Origin: Methanomassiliicoccaceae archaeon
Lineage (GTDB): Archaea; Thermoplasmatota; Thermoplasmata; Methanomassiliicoccales; Methanomassiliicoccaceae
Length of the DNA: 64,000 bases
Direction: 5' to 3'
Assembly: GCA_040776945.1 (NCBI GenBank)
Contig: JAXGZN010000002.1
Span: 768,001 to 832,000 of the forward strand
A program made the translations under genes and the position numbers. Under the pieces are notes generated by a model that was not told the origin of the DNA, did no database searches, and was given only the letters and a program-made list of their open reading frames with translations. Positions 47,603 to 57,506 of this stretch are shown in pieces; the first letter of the stretch is position 1, and the number at the start of each line of letters is the position of its first letter.

Positions 47603-49309
47603 ATGAAAGAGGATATTGGCCTTAACCTGGGAAAATGCGGCCGAAGGGTCGACCTTCGGCTTGAGCATTGGAAAGAGATCGGATTTGCGGACAGGCTTCG
47701 GGAGCAGGACCCCACGCTGTGGGCCGAGGGGCCGGTCCCGGAACTGGCGGACCGTCTGGGATGGATCGCCCTGGGGACGACCATGCGGCCCAAGTTGGAC
47801 GAGATGGTCGAGCTCGCCATGGAGGTCAGGGATGAAGGGGTGGATTCCGTGGTGCTGATGGGGATGGGGGGCTCCAGCCAAGCTCCGCGGGTCTTCCAGG
47901 AGGTTTTCGGAAACAAAACCGGGTTCCCTTCGCTGACCGTCCTGGACACCACCCACCCCGATGCGGTAAGGGATGTGAGGGGAGGGATCGAACCGACGAC
48001 GACCTTGTTCATCGTCTCCAGCAGATCGGGCACTACCTTGGAGACGATTTCCCTTTTCAAGTTCTTTTGGAACGAGATGGAGGTGGTGGGAGAGGGGAAG
48101 GGGCACCGGTTCATTGCCATAACCGACCATGGCACCCCTCTCGCTAGGCTTGCATCGGAAAAGGGCTTCCGGAGAACCTTCGAGGCCGATCCCAACGTCG
48201 GAGGCCGTTATTCCGCGCTGACGGCGTTCGGCCTGGTGCCGGCGGCGATCATTGGTGTCGATGTGCACCATTTGCTCGACCTCGCCTTCGAGCATATCGC
48301 GGCCGATGCCGCCCATGATCAGGGCGGGCTTCGCCGCGGGCTACGCCTCGGAGCGGCGCTCGGCGAGCTGGCCAATGAAGGGAGGGATAAGCTAACCATC
48401 ATTTCTTCGAGCTCCTTGCAGGCCTTTCCTTTTTGGATCGAGCAGCTCGTCGCCGAGAGCACCGGAAAGGACGGAAAGGGGATAGTGCCGGTCATCGACG
48501 AGCCTCAGGTCGACCCGTCGTCCTACTCCCGGGACCGGTCCTTCATCGGCATCACCGTCCAGGGAGAGGAGAGGGAGGTCGAGGACCGCCTTGATCGGCT
48601 TGCTGATGCAGGGCACCCTACCGTCCATATGTGCATGCGGAGCAAGATGGGGCTGGGAAGGGAGATCCTGGACTGGGAGGTGGCGGTGGCGGCCGCCGGA
48701 GCTGTCCTGGGCATCAATCCCTTCGACCAGCCCGATGTGCAGTCCTCCAAGGACCTGGCGAGAAAGATGATGGCCGCCGGAGGAATGGACGAGAGCGCTC
48801 TGAAGGGCGTAAGGACCGTCGGCGTCGAGGACCGGGAAGCGCTGATGGATGCTTTGAGGGAGTGGTCGTCACTGGCGCGGCGCGGGGATTATATCTCCAT
48901 CCAGGCGTACCTATCTCCCAGCTCCATAACCTGTAGCGGACTGGAGGCTGTGCGGCGGGGCATCCTGGAGCGCTTGCGGTCCGCCACCACCCTGGGCTTT
49001 GGGCCTGGTCTCCTGCATTCCACAGGGCAGCTCCATAAGGGGGGCCCCAATACCGGGCTGTTCCTGCAGCTGAACGGTCCCATCTTGAACGATCTGGGCG
49101 TGCCGGAGACCGACCACACCTTTGGGGACCTGATACGTTCATCCTCATTAGGTGATTGCTTGGCGCTGGTGCATCGGGGCAGGCGGGTGCTCCGGATCGA
49201 CCTGGGCGAGGATGCCTTAACGGCAATTCGGCTTCTTGAAAGGGGCATCTTCGAACTGAGCGGCCCTGAGGAAGGGAGCTTGACCCTGGTCAGAACGGTC
49301 CATGGATAA
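47603..49309 (+). CDS. pgi: Glucose-6-phosphate isomerase (type seen in Tal-Pgi fusions, without the transaldolase)
   Basis: 'GMGGSS', 'SSRSGTT.ET', 'VGGRYSAL', 'EQL.AESTGK', 'NPFDQP.V..SK' and 'HSTGQLHKGG'. Confidence 0.88.
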   Translation: MKEDIGLNLGKCGRRVDLRLEHWKEIGFADRLREQDPTLWAEGPVPELADRLGWIALGTTMRPKLDEMVELAMEVRDEGVDSVVLMGMGGSSQAPRVFQEVFGNKTGFPSLTVLDTTHPDAVRDVRGGIEPTTTLFIVSSRSGTTLETISLFKFFWNEMEVVGEGKGHRFIAITDHGTPLARLASEKGFRRTFEADPNVGGRYSALTAFGLVPAAIIGVDVHHLLDLAFEHIAADAAHDQGGLRRGLRLGAALGELANEGRDKLTIISSSSLQAFPFWIEQLVAESTGKDGKGIVPVIDEPQVDPSSYSRDRSFIGITVQGEEREVEDRLDRLADAGHPTVHMCMRSKMGLGREILDWEVAVAAAGAVLGINPFDQPDVQSSKDLARKMMAAGGMDESALKGVRTVGVEDREALMDALREWSSLARRGDYISIQAYLSPSSITCSGLEAVRRGILERLRSATTLGFGPGLLHSTGQLHKGGPNTGLFLQLNGPILNDLGVPETDHTFGDLIRSSSLGDCLALVHRGRRVLRIDLGEDALTAIRLLERGIFELSGPEEGSLTLVRTVHG

Positions 49310-49496
49310 GAGGCGGGTCGGAAGCGGCACGCTCGACCGGTCGAGCCGCCGCCCGCCCTGCTGGGACGCTTTCCACCGAGCCTATGCCTGAATGAGGGCC
49401 TTGGCCCTAATGGAGGTAAGAAGGAGCGAAGGGGGCCTTGTACTGAGGGCGGTCCCTTGCCCCCGCCCTCTCTGTTAAGCCTTGAACGGTATGGCC

Positions 49497-50546
49497 TCAG
49501 GCCCTCACCATCTCCGCCTTGCGCTCCCTCCTCATCCCTCCCTTGCCGGCCATATAGGAGGCGAGGTCAAGCATGCGGCAGGAGAAGCCATATTCGTTGT
49601 CGTACCAAGCGAGCACCTTGACCATGCGGTCCCCTACGACCTTTGTCGACGGCGCATCGATGATCGATGATGCGGGATTGGTGATTATGTCCGCGGACAC
49701 CAGCTCATCCTCGCTGACCTCGAGGAAGCCTTTCATCGTGCCCCCGGCCGCGGTCCTCAGCGCATCGTTTACCATCTCCGCGGTCACGTCCTGCTTCAGC
49801 ACGGCGGTCACGTCGGTTATCGCTCCGTCCGGGATCGGCGCACGTATAGCGGTGGCGAACATCTTTCCTGCAAGCTCGGGGATCGCCCTCACCGTGGCGT
49901 TCGCCGCTCCGGTGGTGGTGGGGACCAAAGAGACCGCCGCCGCTCGCCCTCTCCTCAGTTTCCTGGCGGGGCCGTCGACCAGTTTCTGGCTGGCTGTGTA
50001 CGCATGCACAGTGGTGGCCATCAGCATCTCGATGCCGAAAGCGTCGTTGAGCACCTTGGCCACCGGGGCCAAGGAGTTGGTGGTGCAGGAGGTGTTGGAT
50101 ACCACGTCGTGCTTGTCCGGATCATACTTGCCTTCGTTGACACCCATGACTATGCTGAGGTCCACGTTGTCCGATGGCGCGCTCACTATGACCTTCGATG
50201 CCCCGGCCTCAAGGTGCATGGCCGCCTTTTCCCTGCTGCGGAACAGCCCGGTGCACTCCAGGACCAGGTCCACCTCCTCGTCCTTCCAGGGCAGCTTGGA
50301 AGGGTCCCTTTCATGATGGACCGCGATCTCCCTGGAGCCTATACGGAGCGAGCCTACAGAGCTCTCTACGTCAAACGGCGCTCTCCCATGCACTGAATCA
50401 TATCGCATCAGGTAGGCGATGTCCTCGGTCGGGAACAGGTCGTTCGCCGCGACCAGCTCGATCCCTGCCGTCGGATTGGTGGCGTAGCGCCTAGCGATCA
50501 ACCTTCCTATGCGTCCCATGCCATTGATTGCGATCCTTGTTGACAT
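49497..50546 (-). CDS. gap: Type I (bacterial-type) glyceraldehyde-3-phosphate dehydrogenase
   Basis: 'INGMGRIGR', 'YDSVHG', 'ECTG.F', 'SN.SCTTN', 'TVHAYT', 'RRGRAA...VPTTTGAA' and 'WYDNE.G'. ATG at 50546. Confidence 0.97.
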   Translation of the reverse strand: MSTRIAINGMGRIGRLIARRYATNPTAGIELVAANDLFPTEDIAYLMRYDSVHGRAPFDVESSVGSLRIGSREIAVHHERDPSKLPWKDEEVDLVLECTGLFRSREKAAMHLEAGASKVIVSAPSDNVDLSIVMGVNEGKYDPDKHDVVSNTSCTTNSLAPVAKVLNDAFGIEMLMATTVHAYTASQKLVDGPARKLRRGRAAAVSLVPTTTGAANATVRAIPELAGKMFATAIRAPIPDGAITDVTAVLKQDVTAEMVNDALRTAAGGTMKGFLEVSEDELVSADIITNPASSIIDAPSTKVVGDRMVKVLAWYDNEYGFSCRMLDLASYMAGKGGMRRERKAEMVRA

Positions 50547-50685
50547 GTCATCCCTCTGGTTCGATGGCATGAACATGGAACGGGATGTTTTAAAATACTT
50601 TCTGAAATATAAAAATAGGTGGCAATAGATTATTCTGAAGAGGATAAATGATTAGGGACGGCCGCCGGTCCGGCGGCCTTTGGTC

Positions 50686-51948
50686 TCAGAGCTTGGCTCG
50701 CTCGAAGCCCTTGGCGCCGAACGGTCTGGTGGCGTCGATGGCCACCTTGGAGGTCGTCCCTTTCGAGCTGGGGTCCAGCGAGGATCCGGCGGCGTTGTTC
50801 ACCACCAAGAGCGAACGGCCGGCCTGGAACCGGGTGGCCTCGGCCCACTCCACGTCCCTGTCGTTGTAGATGTCGATGTCCTCGTCCACGATGGTGACCT
50901 TCTTCATAGAGGGGTGCCCGGAGAAGGCGGCCATGGCCGCATTTATGCCATCGCCCTCCTTGATCTTGGTTATGGACACTATTCCGTGGAGCCAGCAGCA
51001 TCCGCCCTCGGTCAGCCTGACGCCGTTCACTCGAGGCACGACCTGGTTGACGGTGCGATATATTATCGGCTCCCGGGGAAGGCCCATCATCATGTAGTGC
51101 TCATAGCCCCCAGGAAGTAGCAGGTGAAATATCGGGTCCTTGCGCATGTAAAGCCTGTCGACCTCGAAGACCGGGGCCGGACGCACCGAATCATAGGTGC
51201 CAGTTATATCCATGAACGGCCCCTCGTCCACCATCTTAGAGGTGATGCGCCCCTCGAACACTATCTCCGCCTGCGCCGGGACCGTGATGCCGCTCTGGAG
51301 CTTCGCCACCTCCAACGGGGAGCCCAGCGTCCTCTCCTTGAGGGAGGAGGCGATATGCATCTCATCGGTGGCGTAATCGGTGGACATTGCTCCCGCCAGC
51401 AGTACCGGCGGGCACAGTCCCATGGCGAAGGCGGTCGGCAGGTCCTTGCCCTTGGAGCGTGCGCTCTTCCACATCGTATATAGGTGCCTGGGCACCAAGC
51501 GGATGGCGAATGACCGCTTGTCGCGAAGATGCATACGGTGGAACGAGACGTTGCTCTTACCCTCGTGCTCCGCGACCGCCACCGCCGAGGTGATGTACCT
51601 GCCCTGGTCCCCTGGGAAGTACTTAGGTATGGGGAGCTGGGTAAGATCGAACTCCGTCCGCACATCGTCCATGAAAGGGGCGTCACCAACCAGCTTCGGC
51701 GGGGATGGGGAAGCCATCGCCTCCATCAGCTTCGGCATGAGCTCGTCCTTGCGGACCCTCATGGCTCCAGCGATGCGTTCCCTAGTGGACCACAGATTTC
51801 CCGCAGCACGCATCCCGTGGAGGCGGGAGAACATCACTGGACGGGTCTGGTCCTTCATCAGGATCTTCGACACCTCCAGTTCCAAGGGGACGTCCTCGTC
51901 CACCGTGATCGCGTCCTTCATGCTGTCTAGGAGATTGCGCAGGGCCAT
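50686..51948 (-). CDS. UbiD family prFMN-dependent decarboxylase (probable anhydromevalonate phosphate decarboxylase)
   Basis: 'D.G.YIT', 'N.S.HR', 'EGPF.DITGTYD', 'GGC.WLH', 'HPS.K', 'D.DI' and 'GSSLDPS'. Confidence 0.9.
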   Translation of the reverse strand: MALRNLLDSMKDAITVDEDVPLELEVSKILMKDQTRPVMFSRLHGMRAAGNLWSTRERIAGAMRVRKDELMPKLMEAMASPSPPKLVGDAPFMDDVRTEFDLTQLPIPKYFPGDQGRYITSAVAVAEHEGKSNVSFHRMHLRDKRSFAIRLVPRHLYTMWKSARSKGKDLPTAFAMGLCPPVLLAGAMSTDYATDEMHIASSLKERTLGSPLEVAKLQSGITVPAQAEIVFEGRITSKMVDEGPFMDITGTYDSVRPAPVFEVDRLYMRKDPIFHLLLPGGYEHYMMMGLPREPIIYRTVNQVVPRVNGVRLTEGGCCWLHGIVSITKIKEGDGINAAMAAFSGHPSMKKVTIVDEDIDIYNDRDVEWAEATRFQAGRSLLVVNNAAGSSLDPSSKGTTSKVAIDATRPFGAKGFERAKL

Positions 51949-52069
51949 GGCCGATAATCGACCATGTTGTTAATAATGGATTGGCAATCGATAACCAATG
52001 CGATTGAGCGCGGCGAGGTGGCGCGAGGATAAATGAACGTCCGGTCCATTACCCGGCAGGTCGGTTTGG

Positions 52070-52744
52070 ATGAGGACCTTCAGGCTTGAAATCGGGGCCG
52101 CCGGAACGGCGGTGCCCGCGGTCATGATGATGCCCGAGGCCCCGCGAGGGGCGGCGGTCATCGTACATGGATACGGCGGATGCAAGGAGGAGCAGCTCGG
52201 GCTGGCCTTGAGGGTTGCGGAGAACGGTCTGGCCGCCTGCACGATCGACCTGCGGGGCCATGGGCAGAACCCCCTTCCTCTCGATGGCGATGTTTCCGAA
52301 GATGTCGAGGCGGCGATCGCGATCGCTCGCAGATATGGTAGGGTGGTCGCCATCGGCCATTCCCTGGGAGGCCGCCTGGCACTGATCAGCACGGCCGATT
52401 TCGCCATAGGGCTATCACCGCCGCTGGACCCTGGCTACTGTGCTCGGACCCAGGATCTTTTGCAAAAGCTCCGCGCTTACCGCGTGCGACCGGACGATGG
52501 GTCTACCGTGTTCGAGATCCTTAGGCACCTGCCGCCCGTCCGCGAGGGCGATCTGGAACGAGCGATGGTCATCTACGGCTCCCGGGACGTGCCGGAGATC
52601 GTGGAGGCCGGCGATGCCTTGAGGGCCAGTGGCCGCAACGCGGTCAAGCTGGACAAGGCCATCCATGGAGATACATACCTCTTGGAGAACGCGTTCGCCG
52701 CTCTCACCGGCCAATTGGAGCTTTGGTTCCCCCGTCGATCATGA
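52070..52744 (+). CDS. Alpha/beta hydrolase
   Basis: 'HGYGG', 'DLRGHG' and nucleophile 'GHSLGG'. Confidence 0.88.
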   Translation: MRTFRLEIGAAGTAVPAVMMMPEAPRGAAVIVHGYGGCKEEQLGLALRVAENGLAACTIDLRGHGQNPLPLDGDVSEDVEAAIAIARRYGRVVAIGHSLGGRLALISTADFAIGLSPPLDPGYCARTQDLLQKLRAYRVRPDDGSTVFEILRHLPPVREGDLERAMVIYGSRDVPEIVEAGDALRASGRNAVKLDKAIHGDTYLLENAFAALTGQLELWFPRRS

Positions 52745-53194
52745 GCGGCCCGGGGACCGCCCGGGACCATGATGACGGCCTCTCCTCCTCCAAGCGTCGG
52801 GTCCTTTCCCCCGGTCCTTTGCGTCGGCATCCCCGCGGCGTTGGTATGCCGATCGCCCTATAGGTTTTTTCTTGACCTAGCAAGCGCGCCTCCTCTGCAA
52901 TGCGGTCCTAAGATGAAAGGGCATGGCCGAGTACCTCGCTCGGCCTCGGATGGTCCTGCCAATAAGGTTGTGTTTTATCCGCATACCCCGCAGCCCTGGT
53001 GCCAAAAAAACGATCGCGCGCTGCCAAACGTCACCTCGCCCCTTCCTTCCATCGTTGCGGCCATCATGATCCTCCGGAGGCTCGGTCTTCATCCGCAGTA
53101 CCTTCAGGTCCGATCGGGGGAACGGAAGTGCTCCAACGCCGAACCGTAGCGCTTAATACTGACAACAGATATCGATAGCACGAATTCAAAATAG

Positions 53195-54028
53195 GTGATA
53201 TTTACGCAAGCATGCTCAGGTGTCGATTGGTCGTCGGTGTGGAGCGAGCGGTTCGGAAGAGCCATGGAGGTCCAGGTTACAAAGGACTATTATCAGGACG
53301 AGGAGCGGGCGCGCAAGTACAGCCAAATGGAACATCTTTGGATGGACGGCGAGGATAGGGTGGCGGGGTTCGACCTCGATCCTTCGTGGACGGTCATAGA
53401 CGTGGGGTCCGGTCCCGGGATAATGACCGTGCCGCTTGCCAAGAGATGCGCCAAGGTGACAGCGGTAGAACCGTCCCCTCACATGGTCAAGTTCCTTCAG
53501 GCTAGGGCCGCGGCCGAAGGCCTGACCAACATCGACATCATCAAGGCCAAGTGGGAAGAGGCGGAGGGGTTAAAACCGCATGATGTGGTCGTTGCCTCCT
53601 ATTGCCTCCTCATGCCCGACATCAAGGCCGCTCTGCTCAAGATGAACGGCCTGGCAAGGGAGAGGGTATACATCTATTGGTTCGCTGGGACAACGTATTG
53701 GGAAAGGACCCGCATCGACCTGTATCCCATGATCCACGGACGCCCATATCATCCCGGGCCCAAGGTGGACGTGATCTATAATGTGCTATACCAACTGGGC
53801 ATCTATCCTGACATCGAGGTTCTCGGTCAGGGCCGGGTCAGGGAGAAGGGCATGTCGATGGAGGAGGCCCTTAGCGACCTCCGAGACCTGTTGATGCTGT
53901 CCGATCGGTCCCATGATCGGTTGCTCAGGGAGTACATAGAGAAGGAGTACAAACTTAGCGGGGATGCTCTCTTCCGGCCTGACTGCACGGTAAGGGTCAG
54001 GCTCAGCTGGAAGCCTTTTCAGAAATGA
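53195..54028 (+). CDS. Class I SAM-dependent methyltransferase
   Basis: 'VIDVGSGPG', 'VTAVEPS..M', 'KWEE' and 'DVVVAS'. Confidence 0.9.
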   Translation: MIFTQACSGVDWSSVWSERFGRAMEVQVTKDYYQDEERARKYSQMEHLWMDGEDRVAGFDLDPSWTVIDVGSGPGIMTVPLAKRCAKVTAVEPSPHMVKFLQARAAAEGLTNIDIIKAKWEEAEGLKPHDVVVASYCLLMPDIKAALLKMNGLARERVYIYWFAGTTYWERTRIDLYPMIHGRPYHPGPKVDVIYNVLYQLGIYPDIEVLGQGRVREKGMSMEEALSDLRDLLMLSDRSHDRLLREYIEKEYKLSGDALFRPDCTVRVRLSWKPFQK

Positions 54029-54740
54029 TGGCGGGCGCGGGGGATCGTGCGCCCGACCCTACGCCGGACGCTTCCATGAGCACCACCCGCTCGCTCATCC
54101 ACTCGACCACCTTATGATCATGGGATATGAACAGATAGCTGACACCGGTCTCTGCCTGGACCCGTTTTAGCAGCCTGAGGATCTGAGCCTGCACAAGGAC
54201 GTCCAGCATTGAGGTCGGTTCATCGGCCACGATGAGCGAGGGGTTTAAGGCCAGCGCCCTGGCGATGGCGACCCTCTGCATCTGTCCGCCGGAGAGCTGA
54301 TGAGGATACCTTCCAGACAGCGACAGGTCCAGACCGACAAGGGACATCAGTTCCTCGACCTTTTGCCTCCTCTGTCCGGGCTTCATATCAGAATGCAATA
54401 CCAATGGCTCGGCGATGCTCCTCTCGACCCGATAGAGGGGGTCAAGCGACCCTTCGGGGGACTGCGCGATAAGCGCCATTTCCTTGCCCAGGGCCTTCAA
54501 CCTCCTTGTCGGCGCGTGGGTGATATCCTCTCCTTTGAACATAATGCGGCCGCCGTCGGGCTCTATCAGCCGCAGGACGCACCTGGCCGCGGTGCTCTTC
54601 CCGCAGCCGCTCGGTCCGACAAGGCCGACCGTCTCTCCCTCTCCGATCTTCAGGTCCAAGGCCCCCACTGCCGTCACCTTCCGGCGGTTGAGCAGCCCAG
54701 CGGTAAACTCCTTCCTAAGCCCAGTGACCTCCAACAGCAT
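54003..54740 (-). CDS. Nickel/peptide ABC transporter ATP-binding subunit (NikE/DppF-like)
   Basis: 'GPSGCGKS', 'YPHQLSGGQ' and 'ADEPTS'. Confidence 0.93.
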   Translation of the reverse strand: MLLEVTGLRKEFTAGLLNRRKVTAVGALDLKIGEGETVGLVGPSGCGKSTAARCVLRLIEPDGGRIMFKGEDITHAPTRRLKALGKEMALIAQSPEGSLDPLYRVERSIAEPLVLHSDMKPGQRRQKVEELMSLVGLDLSLSGRYPHQLSGGQMQRVAIARALALNPSLIVADEPTSMLDVLVQAQILRLLKRVQAETGVSYLFISHDHKVVEWMSERVVLMEASGVGSGARSPAPAIISEKASS

Positions 54741-54741
54741 C

Positions 54742-55671
54742 CTAATCCCTCACTTTCAACCAGCAATAGCATGTTCTCTCTTCGCTCAGGCGCACCGGCG
54801 GCGGCTCCTCTGCGCAGCGGTCATGGGCATGCTCGCAGCGGTGGGAATAGCAGCAACCTCTTAGAGGTGCCGGACGGTTGAGGTCACGGTCCCGGCCGAA
54901 GCCTTTCTCAGGCGTCGAGGATACCAGGTCAGCGGTGTAAGGGTGCTCCGGCCGGCCCAACAGGTCCTTGGTCCGCCCGCACTCCACCACCCGCCCCCCG
55001 AACATCACCGCCATCCGCGACGACAATGCCTTGGCCACGTCCAGGTCATGAGTGATAATAATGCCGCTCCGGTCTCCCTGCAGGACCGAGCGCAATATCT
55101 CCATCGTGCGGTCCTTTGATCCAGGGTCGAGGCCTTTGGTAGGCTCATCGGCCAAGAGCAGCGTTGGTCCCAAGGACAGGGCGATGGCGATGGCGACCCT
55201 CTGCCTCATTCCTCCAGATAGCTCATGCGGGTAGGCGCCCGCCTTCTCAGGCGGCAGTCCGACATTGACCAGCGCATCTCGGGCCTTCTCCTCTGCCTCC
55301 TTGTTCAGCATGGACAGGCGGAGGCGGTAGGGCTCAGAGACCTGCCGAACGATGCGCATGGTGGGGTCCAGGGCAGAAGAGGGGTTCTGCATGAGCATGG
55401 CTATCTCCAGTCCGCGCAGCGTTCTCATCTCCGCCTCACTAAGAGCGGTCAGCTCGGTGCCCTTCCACATGATGCTTCCCCTCACCTCAGCGGTGCGCGG
55501 AAGAAGGCGCATTATCGCTCTGGCAAGAACGGTTTTTCCGCAGCCGGTCTCTCCCACCACAGCGAGGTTCTCTCCTTCCTCGACATCAAGGTCGACAGAG
55601 CGGAGCACCTCTACCTTTCCCGTGCGGGTCTGGAACTCGACGCTGAGGCCGCGCACCTCCAAGATGCTCAC
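54742..55671 (-). CDS. Nickel/peptide ABC transporter ATP-binding subunit (NikD/DppD-like)
   Basis: 'GETGCGKT', 'YPHELSGGM', 'ADEPT', 'HPYT' and a C-terminal Cys cluster. Confidence 0.93.
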   Translation of the reverse strand: MSILEVRGLSVEFQTRTGKVEVLRSVDLDVEEGENLAVVGETGCGKTVLARAIMRLLPRTAEVRGSIMWKGTELTALSEAEMRTLRGLEIAMLMQNPSSALDPTMRIVRQVSEPYRLRLSMLNKEAEEKARDALVNVGLPPEKAGAYPHELSGGMRQRVAIAIALSLGPTLLLADEPTKGLDPGSKDRTMEILRSVLQGDRSGIIITHDLDVAKALSSRMAVMFGGRVVECGRTKDLLGRPEHPYTADLVSSTPEKGFGRDRDLNRPAPLRGCCYSHRCEHAHDRCAEEPPPVRLSEERTCYCWLKVRD

Positions 55672-56531
55672 GCGCTCACCTCCAGCAGGCGGTCCTCTCT
55701 CGGGTCAAGGTTCTCTCGAACGCTTTCCCCGAGGAAGTTGAAGGCGAGCACCGCGATCACTATCATGATCCCTGGGATCACGGTCAGGTGTGGTGCGGTG
55801 GTCATGTACGGCACGCCTGACCGCAGCATCGCTCCCCATTCCGGCGTCGGCGACTGGACCCCCAGGCCGAGGAAGCTGATAGCGGCGGCATATATGATGA
55901 CCTGGGCAAGGTCAACGCTGACAAGTGCGAGGAGCGGGCCCCTCGCGTTGGGCAGGATGTGCCGGAGAAGGATGTGCCGGGCCGGCGCCCGCATGACCCT
56001 GGCCGCCTCCACGTAACCCCGCTCCCTCAAGGTGAGGGAGGATGCCCTTGCTAGACGTGTGTAGGCCGGCCAGCCTGTCAGAGCGAGGGCGAAGGCAAGG
56101 TTCGTTGGGCTGGAGCCCATCAGGCCGGCAATGACCAGGGCGAGAAGTATCCCGGGGAAGGCGAGCATTACGTCCACCACCCTCATGAGGATGATATCGA
56201 CCGCTCCTCCGTAGTAACCGGAGATCAGGCCCGTGATCGTGCCGATCAAACTTGCCAGCGCGACCGCGAGCAGCGCAATGCCCAAGGTGTACACTCCTCC
56301 GAAGAGTACCCTGGACAGTATGTCCCGGCCAAGCTCGTCCGTACCCAGTGGATGGTCCCCTCCCGGCCCTTTCAGGCGGGAGCTGAGATCGACGGCATAG
56401 GGGTCGAACGGAGCCAAAAAAGGGGCAAGGACCGAGATGGTGACGAGTGTGATGATGATGACCGCGCTGGCCAAGGCGACAGGGTCTTCCTTGGCTATGC
56501 GGACCAGAGCGCGCCGCAGGTCATCCTTCAT
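55668..56531 (-). CDS. Nickel/peptide ABC transporter permease (NikC/DppC-like)
   Basis: 'HPLGTDELGRD', 'YVEAA', 'RHILPN' and 'LGLG.Q.P.PEWG'. Confidence 0.93.
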   Translation of the reverse strand: MKDDLRRALVRIAKEDPVALASAVIIITLVTISVLAPFLAPFDPYAVDLSSRLKGPGGDHPLGTDELGRDILSRVLFGGVYTLGIALLAVALASLIGTITGLISGYYGGAVDIILMRVVDVMLAFPGILLALVIAGLMGSSPTNLAFALALTGWPAYTRLARASSLTLRERGYVEAARVMRAPARHILLRHILPNARGPLLALVSVDLAQVIIYAAAISFLGLGVQSPTPEWGAMLRSGVPYMTTAPHLTVIPGIMIVIAVLAFNFLGESVRENLDPREDRLLEVSA

Positions 56532-57456
56532 AGCGGACCCTCGGATCGATGACAGCATATAGGACGTCTATGAGCAGCGTTATCAAGCAGAAGAGGACCG
56601 CGATCACAAGGACGCATCCTTGGACCATGGAGAAGTCCTTGAGCATGATCGAATCCACTAGGAGCTTGCCTACCCCAGGCCATGAGAACACGGTTTCCAC
56701 GACCATTGCGCCCCCGATGAGGAAACCCATCTGGAGGCCCGCGAAGGTGAGGACCGGGAGCATCGCGTTGCGCAGGGCATGGTGCCTCAGAACTTGGCGC
56801 TCGTCCAAACCGTTGGCCCTCGCCATCAGGACATAGTCCTCGTTCAGAACCTCCAAGAGAGAGGAACGGACCAGCCGGGTGGTTATTGCGCTCATGCCCA
56901 AGGCCAGGGCTATCGAGGGCAGGACGATGTGCTCCAGACCACCGGCCCCGTACGATGGGAGAAGGTCCAGCCATACCGAGAACACAAGTATCAAGATCAG
57001 GCCGAGCCAGAATGAAGGGACCGACTTTGCGAGCAGGATCAGGGTGAGGCCCATCCTATCCTTCCATGTCCGATGGCGCAACGCGCACCATGTGCCTAGC
57101 CCGAGGGAGATAGAGAGGGACAGGGCCAGGCTGGTGGTGGCCAGCGAAAGGGTGGCGGGGAGACGGTCGGTGATCTCCTGGGTTACCGCTTTGCCCGTGA
57201 TGAGCGAACGGCCCAGGTCCAAGCTGACGATATGCTCGGCCCACCGGTAGTATTGGACGTACCATGGCTGGTCGAAACCCTCCGCCTTTTTTATCATCTC
57301 CACCTGTTCGGGGGTCAGGTCGGTCCCGTACCGGGCCTCTGCTATAAGGAGAGCAGGGTCTCCCGGAGATACCTGCATCAGGAAAAAAGTGAGCAGCGTG
57401 ACCCCGAAAAGGATAATGCCTATCAGGGAAACGCGCTTGGCGATATACCTCCTCAT
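56521..57456 (-). CDS. Nickel/peptide ABC transporter permease (NikB/DppB-like)
   Basis: 'PGDP', 'DLG.S', 'P.FW', 'YV..ARA.G', 'HALRNA', 'E.VF.WPG.G' and 'DPR'. Confidence 0.93.
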   Translation of the reverse strand: MRRYIAKRVSLIGIILFGVTLLTFFLMQVSPGDPALLIAEARYGTDLTPEQVEMIKKAEGFDQPWYVQYYRWAEHIVSLDLGRSLITGKAVTQEITDRLPATLSLATTSLALSLSISLGLGTWCALRHRTWKDRMGLTLILLAKSVPSFWLGLILILVFSVWLDLLPSYGAGGLEHIVLPSIALALGMSAITTRLVRSSLLEVLNEDYVLMARANGLDERQVLRHHALRNAMLPVLTFAGLQMGFLIGGAMVVETVFSWPGVGKLLVDSIMLKDFSMVQGCVLVIAVLFCLITLLIDVLYAVIDPRVRYEG

Positions 57457-57506
57457 CTACCCCACCGGCAGACCGTTGGGAAAATATGGGGGGCAAGCCC
57501 CTGTGA

